Assembly (NCBI RefSeq): GCF_006345805.1
Contig: NW_021826930.1
Coordinates: 1 to 11,351, forward strand
Source: Octopus sinensis
Taxonomy: Eukaryota
Length of the DNA: 11,351 bases
Reading direction: 5' to 3'
In this document: positions 1-7,359 of the stretch, one piece after another
Layout of the letters: the number at the start of each line of letters is the position of its first letter
How positions within the stretch are numbered: the stretch's first letter is position 1
The notes under the pieces: model-generated
Database searches by the model: none
The model's input: only the letters and a program-made list of their open reading frames with translations
Told to the model about the DNA's origin: nothing
Position numbers and translations under genes: made by a program

Positions 1-57
1 CTCTTCCATCTTTTCTCTTTTTTAAAGAAAATATTTCTCCCAGTGTTCACTATTTCC

Positions 58-381
58 CTATCATTCTGGTCTAACAACCCTCCATGCTTTGTTTTTGTTT
101 CGGTTTCTTTGTATGTTTCCATTGTCCTGATTTTGTTCCCAACTTTGATCCTCCATAAATCCAAAATTTTATTTTGGCATTTATGGGAGCAACTGTCTTC
201 AACAACACACATATTGTCGTTGAATGCTTGAAATGAGGAGTAGATAGACAGCCGACAACTGATGAAGGATTGTTCTCTGTTACTTGTCCGGTTTTCCATT
301 TTTTACTCTCGTTGTTTGCATATTCAACTCGTTTGTTTTCATACAACATGTTGTATACACAGTTGGTGATGACTTGTACCC
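58..381 (+). mobile_element. Dispersed non-coding repeat family A, copy 1 (hammerhead-relic bearing, putative Penelope-like non-autonomous element)
   Basis: Reverse complement aligns with 7733-8044 (e.g. TTTGTTCCCAACTTTGA-CCTCCATAAATCC); 236-381 aligns with 2657-2781. Ends GTTGGTGATGACTTGTACCC directly against (AT)n. Repeat status is direct; the Penelope-like class is inference. Confidence 0.75.
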
Positions 382-404
382 ATATATATATATATATATA
401 TATA
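382..404. repeat. (AT)n microsatellite
   Basis: Pure AT run abutting the family A terminus. Confidence 0.95.
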
Positions 405-430
405 CATTTGAGAATGGAGCTGAGTGAACG

Positions 431-640
431 ATATCCTTTTATTCTTTTATTTGTTTCAGCCATGCTGGAGCACCACCTTTAGTCGAACAAATCAACCCCA
501 GGACTTATTCTTTGTAAGCCTAGTATTTATTCTATTGGTTTCTTTCCCCAAACTGTTAAGTTATGGGGACGTAAACAGACCAGCATTAGTTTTAAAGCAA
601 TGGTGAAGGTCAAACACAGACACACAAACAAATATATATC

Positions 641-676
<36 letters not shown>

Positions 677-836
677 CGACAGGCTTCTTTCAGTTTCTGT
701 CTACCAAATCCACTCACAAGGCTTTGGTCAGCCTGAGACTATAGTAGGAAACATTTGCCCAAGGTGACACACAGTGGAATTAAAACTGGAACCTTGTGGT
801 TGGTGAGCAAGCTACTTACCACACAGCCACTCCTGT
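431..836 (-). mobile_element. Full-length tRNA-derived SINE (family S1) with internal (TA)n
   Basis: On the - strand: head with A-box TGGCTGTGTGG and degenerate B-box, CCTTGGGCAAAT core-like motif, GAAACTGAAAGAAGCCTGTCG, (TA)n at about 632-675, then a 3' half ending GTGCTCCAGCATGGCTGAAACAAATAAAAGAATAAAAG. Parts recur at 4031-4184, 10776-10980 and 11012-11351. Confidence 0.85.
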
Positions 837-846
837 ATCTCTTTAT

Positions 847-990
847 ATGATGGCAGAGTACCAAAAGCATGGGTTCTGCTGGGCCAGACATGTCACAAGT
901 TTCACAGACAACCCATGCAGCTGGTAAGTGGTATCCAAGAGGTTGGAAAATTCCATTTGGAAAGCTTCTATGAGGATGGGAAGATTTTTT
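847..990 (+). pseudogene. Decayed RTE-type LINE ORF fragment (C-terminal, post-RT region)
   Basis: Manual translation gives MMAEYQKHGFCWARHVTSFTDNP (Trp codon at 880), then after a frameshift WYPRGWKIPFGKLL*GWEDF (from 929). This matches the RTE-type pattern WAGHVAR..DNRW....WYPR..KR..GRP..RW.D. Not in the ORF track. Confidence 0.65.
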
Positions 991-1044
991 TTTTAGCTAA
1001 GCAGTTTTGTTCAGGATAGAAAATAATGGCACAATGAAAACAGG

Positions 1045-1113
1045 ATTGGAAGTGCATTGTGACCAGGGGTGTAGAACAGCATCTGATGGTCTGCTTTATA
1101 TTGTAGTGCTGTG
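1045..1113 (+). mobile_element. 3' end fragment of SINE family S4
   Basis: GAAGTGCATTGTGACCAGGGGTGTAGAACAGCATCTGATGGTCTG...GTGATA matches the reverse complement of 5571-5640; followed by (TA)n to 1140. Confidence 0.7.
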
Positions 1114-1146
<33 letters not shown>

Positions 1147-1150
1147 AACA

Positions 1151-1310
1151 CCTTATCATACTCTGTGTCATGCTGAATCTCCATGAGAACTATGTTAAGG
1201 GTCCACATGTCTGTTGGAGTGCTCAGTCTCTTGCACGTTTATTTCCCAAGCAAGCTGTTCTGTTGATCGTATCAGGTGGGACCCTCGTTGTTGTAACCGA
1301 CGAAGTGCTC
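1151..1310 (+). mobile_element. Probable SINE 3' fragment
   Basis: Complex segment between TA runs that resembles an octopus repeat tail I recall (CTCTGTGTCA.GCTGAAT...GAGAACTA.GTTAAGGG...ACCCTCGT.GT.GTAACCGACG). No second copy in the window. Confidence 0.4.
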
Positions 1311-1311
1311 T

Positions 1312-1372
1312 CATATATATATGTGGTTATTTATGTATATATATATATAAATATATATGCACTATATGTGTG

Positions 1373-1440
<68 letters not shown>

Positions 1441-1520
1441 GCATATGTATGTGTATCACATTATATCTATATAATCATACATGTATATATGTACATGTGT
1501 GTGTGTGTGTGTGTGTGTAT
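1312..1520. repeat. Compound (TA)n/(TG)n microsatellite
   Basis: Long TA run at about 1376-1435 and TG run at about 1496-1518 within TA-rich flanks. Confidence 0.9.
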
Positions 1521-1718
1521 GTAATCAAACTCGGTGTAAATGTTGAGCATCCAATAAATGTATTGGTATACTATTTTGTAGTCATGCATGCTATTTTGAT
1601 TGACAGCCTGAAGCATATATACTAATGCATAAAGAAAGAAACGTGTATGTGTGTGTGCATGCATGTTTGTACATGTATGTATATTTACTGCATTTGTTGC
1701 TTTGATTTTTCATAATGA

Positions 1719-1760
1719 GTACTAATATATATATAATCAGTACTAATATATATATAATCA
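1719..1760. repeat. Perfect 21-nt tandem duplication
   Basis: GTACTAATATATATATAATCA twice (1719-1739, 1740-1760). Confidence 0.9.
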
Positions 1761-1844
1761 CACGTTGCACCTTAAAAACACTATCTCTTTTGGACATGTT
1801 TCTTTCCACTACAGAAACAGAGCATGGAATTTTGTGACTAAAAG

Positions 1845-2010
1845 CAAGTTGATTACATCAACCCCATTGCCCAACAGGTACTTAGTTTGTCAAACCCACA
1901 TAGATGAAAGGCAGTGATGACCTTAGTGGGATTTGAACTCAGATTTTTGAAAACAAGCTGGAAGGAATGCCACTGAGCACTATGTCTCATGTGCTAACGA
2001 TTATGTCATC
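1845..2010 (-). mobile_element. Old diverged SINE (family S2)
   Basis: GATTACATCAACCCC, GGTACTT, GATGAAAGGCA, GGGATTTGAACTCAG (B-box on -) and GTGCTAACGATT are collinear with 2870-3030. Confidence 0.7.
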
Positions 2011-2173
2011 TCAATGCTTTCTTTGTTTTAGAAATAATATATCCATGATTACAACATCAAACTTGCCCTTGCTATATTTTTAAGACAAGAGGTTAGATAA
2101 TTGAAACTCTGACTTGCATTTTATAGCATGTTGACTAACCTCTTGTGGTTTCCTTGTTGGGTCATTTCTGCAG

Positions 2174-2197
2174 TTGTTACGACGTTAGTATCAAAAA
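2174..2197 (+). CDS. Candidate 24-nt microexon of an unidentified host gene
   Basis: Branch-point-like GACTAAC (2133-2139), AG-free T-rich tract, acceptor TTTCTGCAG (ends 2173), exon TTGTTACGACGTTAGTATCAAAAA, donor GTAAGA (2198). Open in phase 1 (VTTLVSK) and phase 2 (CYDVSIK). No transcript or homology evidence. Confidence 0.4.
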
Positions 2198-2244
2198 GTA
2201 AGATGGATGAATCTGTCTTAACTAAGAAACGTTGATGTTTTTAT

Positions 2245-2400
2245 TGTTGTTAGAATTTAAACACAACTTAGGCAGGATCCAGCAGTTTCATGATCCAAAG
2301 CATTTCACCCATGACGACCCTGTTTGTTTAAGATTCTAGTGATAAATCTGAAACTTAGCTGCTATTTCTAACACTTTGCACAACAACATAGAGGTCCTCT
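2245..2400. mobile_element. Old (GTT)n-flanked interspersed repeat (family S6), degraded
   Basis: (GTT)n, then CAGCAG...ATGATCCAAAGCATT, then GCTGCTATTTCTA...TAGAGG. Similar motifs occur at 6408-6800, 7360-7430, 9857-9945 and 4270-4335. Confidence 0.35.
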
Positions 2401-2440
2401 TTAGTTTTTGTCTATGTATGCATTTTTGTGTGCTTTAGTA

Positions 2441-2511
<71 letters not shown>

Positions 2512-2577
2512 ACATAGATGTATATCATCATCATCATCGTCATCATCATGCCATCATCATCTTCATCATATACTCAT

Positions 2578-2609
<32 letters not shown>

Positions 2610-2646
2610 TATCACCATCATCATCATCATCGTTTCATCATCATCT
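2441..2646. repeat. (TATC)n followed by imperfect (CAT)n/(CAC)n
   Basis: Pure TATC array 2441-2510; CAT-based array 2523-2646. Confidence 0.95.
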
Positions 2647-2656
2647 TATATATAGA

Positions 2657-2781
2657 GAGGAGTAGAGAGACAGTTGACAACTGCTGAAGTGTCCTTTTTT
2701 CTGTGTTAACTTGTCCTGTTTTCTGTTTTTTCTCTCCTTTATGTATTTCATGTTATTTGCACCGTTGGTGATGTCCTGTAC
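2657..2781 (+). mobile_element. Family A copy 2 (short, 5'-truncated)
   Basis: GAGGAGTAGAGAGACAG.TGACAACTGCTGAAG ... GTTGGTGATGTCCTGTAC aligns with 236-381; same terminus next to TA-rich DNA. Confidence 0.7.
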
Positions 2782-2805
2782 ACATATATGCATGTATATA
2801 TATAA

Positions 2806-3030
2806 ATTTCTTTACTACCACAAGGGGCTAAACACAGAGGGGACAAACAAGGACAGAAAGGGATTATGTCGACTACATCGACCCCAGTGCGTCAACTGGT
2901 ACTTTAATTTATCGACCCCGAAAGGATGAAAGGCAAGTCGACCTCGCGGAATTTGAACTCGGAAACGTAACGACAGACGAAATACGGCTACGAATTCGCC
3001 CGCGTGCTAACGTTTCTACCAGATCAGCCG
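2806..3030 (-). mobile_element. Near full-length tRNA-derived SINE (family S2)
   Basis: On -: GGTAGAAACGTTAGCACG head, B-box GAGTTCAAATTCC (2960-2948), GCCTTTCATCCTTTCGGGGTCGATAAATTAAAGTACCAG body, tail to GTAAAGAAAT. Possible imperfect TSD ATGCAT(T)GTATATATA at 2788 and 3035. Homologues at 1845, 8620 and 10611. Confidence 0.85.
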
Positions 3031-3082
3031 ATGCATGCATTGTATATATAATACACACAACACATACAGAGAGAGAAAGAGA

Positions 3083-3390
3083 CATCATCAAATCATCATC
3101 ATCATCATCATCATCATTGTTGCCATCGTTTTTAATGTCCACATTTCTACTCATGCAAGGGTTAAAAGCAGATTTTATTGGGGCAGATTTTTCTATAGCT
3201 GGTTGCCCTTCCTTTTGCTAAACCTCACCTGTTTCCAAGCAAGGTAATATTTCCCCATGCCCCCCCCCCCACACATTACTTTCTCTCATAATATCGAAAG
3301 AGAATGACATTGCATCGATTGTATGACAGCAACAATTGTTTTACAACTCATCATTCAGCATCAAGACAAAGAGATACAAACCTATACCCA
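3083..3390 (-). mobile_element. (GAT)n-tailed retroposon, family S7 copy 1
   Basis: (CAT)n at 3083-3117, then ATCGTTTTTAATGTCC; GTTGCCCTTC...GTTTCCAAGCAAGGTAATATTTCCC is shared with 5165-5395. Tail and the AGCTGG.TGCCCTTCC motif are related to 10109-10388. Confidence 0.65.
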
Positions 3391-3409
3391 CAGATACACA
3401 CATACATGC

Positions 3410-3465
<56 letters not shown>

Positions 3466-3472
3466 TATATAA
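3410..3472. repeat. (TA)n microsatellite
   Basis: Nearly pure TA run. Confidence 0.95.
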
Positions 3473-3478
3473 TATGAG

Positions 3479-3558
3479 GTCATAAATGACAGAAATAGTT
3501 TGATGAAATTTTATTTAACAATAAAATTTTATCAAACTGTTTCTCTGTCGTTTATGAC
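3479..3558. repeat. 80-nt near-perfect inverted repeat (hairpin; palindromic MITE-like)
   Basis: 3479-3515 pairs with 3520-3558: 34 Watson-Crick plus 3 G-U pairs (on + RNA), one 2-nt bulge (3545-3546), loop TAAC. Confidence 0.9.
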
Positions 3559-3695
3559 ATTATACACTCTTTATTTTTTTCTCTTGTATTGTACGATGTA
3601 TTCTATACAATTTTATACAATGATACATTAAAGAGCTTTTTTATGAGTTCTACCGGTTTACTTCAATCCATATATTGTGACTTAAATATATAAAA

Positions 3696-4000
3696 AGGGT
3701 AAACACCCCTCAGTCATGAATGACGATGGGATTGCACCAAGAAAGTTCCCCTTCGAGGCACAAATCTTGAACCATGCGTATCAGCCTCCTCTCTACATGT
3801 CACCGATGTTATCCAAGGGAAAAGCAAAGGCCGATAAAGTTTGGGGCACCAGTGACGTTGCAACTCATTTCTACAGCTTAGTGAACTGGAGCAACGTGAA
3901 ATAAAGAGACTTGCTCAAGAATACAATGCACAGCTTGGTCGAGGAATCAAACTCACTACCTTACGACTGTGAGCCCAATGCTTTAACCACTGAGCCATGT
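3696..4000 (-). mobile_element. tRNA-derived SINE (family S5)
   Basis: On -: A-box TGGCTCAGTGG, B-box-like AGTTTGATTCC, body TTCACGTTGCTCCAGTTCAC..AGCTGTAGAAATGAGT shared with 6453-6649. Confidence 0.8.
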
Positions 4001-4030
4001 GATATATGTACACACATATGCACGTGCGCA

Positions 4031-4184
4031 TGACAGGCTTCTTTCAGTTTCCACCTACCAAATTCACTCACAAGGCTTTGGCTGGCTCAATGTTCTTGTA
4101 CAAGACACTTGCCCATGGTACCACACAGTGGGACTGAACCGGAATCAAGTGATTGTGAAGCAAACTCCTTACCACACAGCTATG
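4031..4184 (-). mobile_element. S1 SINE 5' part (head and core)
   Basis: GACAGGCTTCTTTCAGTTTCC...CACTCACAAGGCTTTG...CTTACCACACAGC aligns with 676-830. Confidence 0.85.
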
Positions 4185-4596
4185 GTTGTGCCAGCCACAC
4201 ATGCACCTCTCTTTTATTTCAGCCCAGTGTGTACAAGTACTTTACTTAATCTGTACTTCCTTTTGGTAGCTGTGAAATTTGGGAGAAATGGTTGTTATTT
4301 CAGGGCAAATAAGCTGGCAATAAAGAGGTTTTCTGAAGGGCTTGTTGGTAGGTTTTCGTATGTATAGTAACCCTGTGGGTTTATTTTAACACTTGGGGAT
4401 AAGTTACAGGAGAATTATTAATATTTGCTTCAGGGTGCAACAGTAATTTGTTTCATTTTCAAATGGCTGAGTTTGCCAAGGATTGGTAACACCCATGGCT
4501 TGTATGATTGGTTGGGAAGAAGGTAGGAAGGTACTCCGAGAACAAAGACTTGGCTCATTTGCTTACATGCACACTATTTGGTCACAGATACACAGA

Positions 4597-4683
4597 CACA
4601 TGCATACACCACCTGAGCAAGTATGCATCAACTGCTACACACAGCACACACACGTTAGCCTCACACATATACACACGTCCATA
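4597..4683 (+). repeat. Unclassified CA-rich dispersed repeat, copy 1
   Basis: Near-identical to the reverse complement of 8526-8615 (3 substitutions and one 4-nt CA indel over about 80 nt). Confidence 0.85.
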
Positions 4684-4844
4684 CAGTCAAGTGGAATTCA
4701 GTAGAATGTGCTCCTCACTGGTCAAGCAGAGATGGTAAATTAATTGAAGTTGATGAATTAAGTCTGCTATCCAAGAATTGGCATAGACTAGTCAGTACAT
4801 ACAATCAATCGAAATTCACTAAAGGCACCCACTGCTTAAGGAGT

Positions 4845-4918
4845 GATAGTGGTAGTGGAGCTGGTGCTGGTCATGGTGGTGGTATTGGTGGTAGTGGTGG
4901 TGATGGTAGTCAGGTGGT
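4845..4918. repeat. Degenerate (GGT)n trinucleotide repeat
   Basis: GGT/AGT/GCT triplet array. Confidence 0.8.
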
Positions 4919-4944
4919 TAATTAAAAACTGATGCTGTCCATTC

Positions 4945-5105
4945 AGTGGGTTTCCACTTTAGTTTGTATCTACTCAGTTTCATTTATAAGGCTTGGATTG
5001 ACCGGTGCCTCTGGTAGAAGACACATGGTCAACATGCTGTACAGAGGAATTGAATCTGGACCTACAGCCATCCAATGAGTGCATGGCAAATCACTTAACC
5101 ATGCT
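4945..5105 (-). mobile_element. Old diverged S1-like SINE head
   Basis: TTTAGTTTGTATCTAC..., AAGGCTTGG, GGTAGAAGACAC, GGAATTGAATCTGGA and ACTTAACCATGC are collinear with 676-830. Confidence 0.55.
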
Positions 5106-5164
5106 GTCAAAACTTTCCCCCACCTTCATAACGACAGTCGCCAGTTTTATTAATTTCAATAACA

Positions 5165-5395
5165 CATCATCATTTTCATCGTTCTAATACTTGCTTTTCT
5201 GTACTTGCATGAGCTAAACTGAATTTGTTGCCCTTCTTGTCACCAACCCTTACTGGTTTCCAAGCAAGGTAGTATTTCCCTATGGCCTGACATGTTTTTA
5301 TGGAAACCTGGAAATGACCCAACATTCTGTGTATGACAGTGATGCTCATATACACTCATCACAGGACATGAAGACAATGGTATACACAAGCACAA
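5165..5395 (-). mobile_element. Family S7 copy 2
   Basis: CATCATCATTTTCATCGTT...GTTGCCCTTC...GTTTCCAAGCAAGGTAGTATTTCCC...GTATGACAG...ACTCATCA...AAGACAA aligns with 3083-3390. Confidence 0.65.
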
Positions 5396-5494
5396 ACACA
5401 CACACACACACATATATATATATACATATATACCTATATACATATATATCCATATATATACAAATATATAAATATATATATATAAATATATATA
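5394..5494. repeat. (CA)n/(TA)n compound microsatellite
   Basis: Direct sequence inspection. Confidence 0.9.
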
Positions 5495-5570
5495 ACTGAG
5501 ATTCAGATGAATTAGGTACTTAGGTTGAGGCACCAAAAATTAGTGCGAAATTATCCGTTTGAAACTATAT

Positions 5571-5870
5571 CACCGTGACCGACCAGGCTATCAGATGTTG
5601 CTACACATCGCTGGTCACAATGCACTTCACATTGTTTTAGCCTTCAAATGATACCACCCCGCTGGCTAAGCGAGCAGGCCAACAGAAGAAAGAGTGAGAG
5701 AAAGTTGTGGTGAAAGAGTACAGCAGGGGTCCCCCAACCCCCGCTGGAGCCTCGTGGAGCTTTAGGTGCTTTCACTAAATAAACACTCACAATGCCTATT
5801 CTGGAAATCAAAACCACGATCCTACGACCGCGAGTCCACTGCCCTGACCACTGGGCGATTGTGCCTCCAC
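5571..5870 (-). mobile_element. Full-length tRNA-derived SINE (family S4) with 12-bp target-site duplication
   Basis: On -: GTGGAGGCACAA-TCGCCCAGTGG (A-box), GGTTTTGATTTCC (B-box). Flanked by the perfect direct repeat TTGAAACTATAT at 5559-5570 and 5871-5882. Confidence 0.9.
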
Positions 5871-5906
5871 TTGAAACTATATACATGTATATATATACAT
5901 ATAGAT

Positions 5907-6150
5907 ATAGGGAAGCTTTATGAAAATAGACAAAAGACGAAGGCAGGTGGAAAACAAACAAACAATTGTATTAGTATGGCGCTCAGGAAATATAAATAAA
6001 ACAAGTCTTTAACGTTTCGAGCCTACGCTCTTCAACAGAAAGATACACAGAGAAAAAAAACACGGAAAGAAGGAGAGAAAAAAATATGCGTGCAGTAACT
6101 AACGAATCAACATGGCGATCTGATTTCGGCCAGAGGTCAAAGATCAAACA
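5907..6150 (-). mobile_element. Dispersed repeat family B carrying a hammerhead-like motif
   Basis: Aligns with 8041-8260 (ACAAAAGACGAAG, ATTAGT, AAGTCTTT.ACG.TTC.AG.CTACGCT.TTCAA.AGAAAG, CAACATGGCGA); flanked on both sides by TA-rich microsatellite. Confidence 0.75.
6006..6043 (-). ncRNA. Candidate minimal type-I hammerhead ribozyme (dimer type), variant core
   Basis: - strand RNA: UCUUU CUGUUGA A GAGC GUAG GCUC GAAA CGU U AAAGA. Stem I UCUUU/AAAGA, stem II GAGC/GCUC, loopless palindromic stem III (AACGUU). Differs from canonical CUGANGA at position 6 (U for A). Activity untested. Confidence 0.6.
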
Positions 6151-6164
6151 TGAGACGCGAGAGC

Positions 6165-6183
6165 GAGATATATATATATAAGC

Positions 6184-6220
<37 letters not shown>
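6165..6220. repeat. (TA)n/(GA)n microsatellite
   Basis: Direct sequence inspection. Confidence 0.9.
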
Positions 6221-6407
6221 TTGGAATGCCAGAAGAAGACCAAAATATTGTATTACAAACAGGAAAAGTTTGTGCAGTTAGCATCATTCAGGCATGAGTG
6301 AATTATATTATTCTCCCTATAAGTAATTTTCATATATTTTCTGAAGGTTTGTGAGCACAGTATGCTGCAGCCTTTTGACAGTGGGTGGTTTTTGTGTTGC
6401 TATGGTT

Positions 6408-6800
6408 TTTGTTGTTGTTATTTAGTTCCAAAGTTAGCTCTGACCGAATATGGGCTGGTTTCCTGCTTTCTCTGACGTATATATATTTCTGTGAACAGGA
6501 TTCCAGTCCATCAGAAGATTACTCATTTCTACCAGCTGAGTGGACTGGAGCAACATGAAATGAAGTGCATCACCCAATCAATGAATTGAAACCATAATCT
6601 TGTAATCATGAGTCCAACACTCTAACCACTAAGCCATGCACCTCCACTTTGACTGAATATGCCTGTCTTCAAGGGGTCACTGTGGCTCCTCTCTAAGAAA
6701 CACTATTTCAGGTGTCCTTCCAGTGTTAAGAAAGATGGGTATGATTTGAGGGAAATTTTCCTACTATTTCTATTAGTTTAAGTGGCCTCAGCTAAACTCA
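6408..6800. mobile_element. S6-like old repeat interrupted by the S5-like SINE
   Basis: (GTT)n TTTAG start at about 6408 and GGTATGATTTGAGGGA...CTACTATTTCTA end at about 6740-6775; motifs shared with 2245-2400. Confidence 0.35.
6453..6649 (-). mobile_element. S5-like SINE copy 2, nested, with degenerate TSD
   Basis: ACTCATTTCTACCAGCTGAGTGGACTGGAGCAACATGAAAT matches 3863-3902; head TGGAGGTGCATGGCTTAGTGG on -. Flanked by TGACCGAATATG (6441-6452) and TGACTGAATATG (6650-6661). Confidence 0.7.
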
Positions 6801-6826
6801 TATCCAGTAGTTGTTGTTTGAGATCA

Positions 6827-7302
6827 GCAGTCGTCATCACCTCTCTGCTCTATGGCTGCTGTGGGATGTGGACACTGTATAGGAGGCAAATTCGAGTACT
6901 TGACCAGTTCCACCTCCCTGCTTGCGATGAATCATGGGAATTTCCTGGGAGGACAGAGTCTCCAACACTGAGGTGCTTCACAGAGCCGAAATGCCCGAGA
7001 TCGAAGCCCTCATCATGAAGGCCCAGCTCCGGTGGGTTGGACATGTAGTCCGAATGGACGATGCGCGTCAACCAAAGATAATCTTCTTCCCTGATCTGGC
7101 TTCTGGAGCAAGAAACCCTGGAAGGCCACTGAGGTGATACAAGGACAACCTGAACACTTCCCTTGAGGCCTGCGGCATTTCAGTCCATGGCTGGGAATCG
7201 CTTGCCTCTGACTATGGCGCCTGGCGTCCAGCTGTCCAAAAGGGTGTTAGGTTGTTTGAGGAAAAGCGCCTCAAGAGCCTGGACCAGAAGCGACAAGCCT
7301 GA
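6827..7302 (+). pseudogene. RTE-clade (BovB-like) LINE ORF fragment, C-terminal region after the RT core
   Basis: AVVITSLLYGC..WTLYRRQIRVLDQFHL/CLR*IMGISWEDRVSNTEVL..QLRWVGHVVRMDDARQPK..GRPLR*YKDNL..WESLASDYGAWR..KRQA*. Typical RTE motifs; one frameshift near 6917 and stops at 6928, 7135 and 7300. Confidence 0.9.
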
Positions 7303-7359
7303 TGTCATTGTTGAACCCCAACAGACTTCCATTATCATAGTGGTGATACTTTGTTTTGT

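Noticed and set aside
71-463. Similar peptides (IYGGSKLGTK.GQW) in ORFs 71-463 (-) and 7858-8181 (+), suggesting paralogous genes
   Set aside because: Similarity follows from both being family A copies. The frames are not maintained across the alignment, and I see no GIY-YIG or RT motif.
2925-3010. Single-base deletions relative to the 8620-8728 copy, and slips in the (GTAT)n and (TG)n arrays
   Set aside because: The pattern (lost bases in short homopolymers) is typical of long-read consensus error, so it is not interpreted biologically. It also weakens the frameshift calls.
3900-4000. tRNA-like sequences with A and B boxes (also 5790-5870, 8640-8728, 10617-10695)
   Set aside because: No acceptor stem or full cloverleaf, and each continues into a repeat body, so they are SINE heads, not tRNA genes.
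4845-4918. Possible G-quadruplex
   Set aside because: Only GG dinucleotide runs in a degenerate trinucleotide repeat; nothing beyond simple-repeat expectation.
4686-4923. About 80-codon stop-free frame ending in a Gly-rich stretch
   Set aside because: The Gly-rich part is the (GGT)n repeat, the acceptor sites lack a pyrimidine tract, and the peptide is unrecognised.
5520-5552. TTAGGTTGAGGCACCAAAAATTAGTGCG resembling a mariner TIR
   Set aside because: Similarity is weak and no partner inverted end is present in the window.
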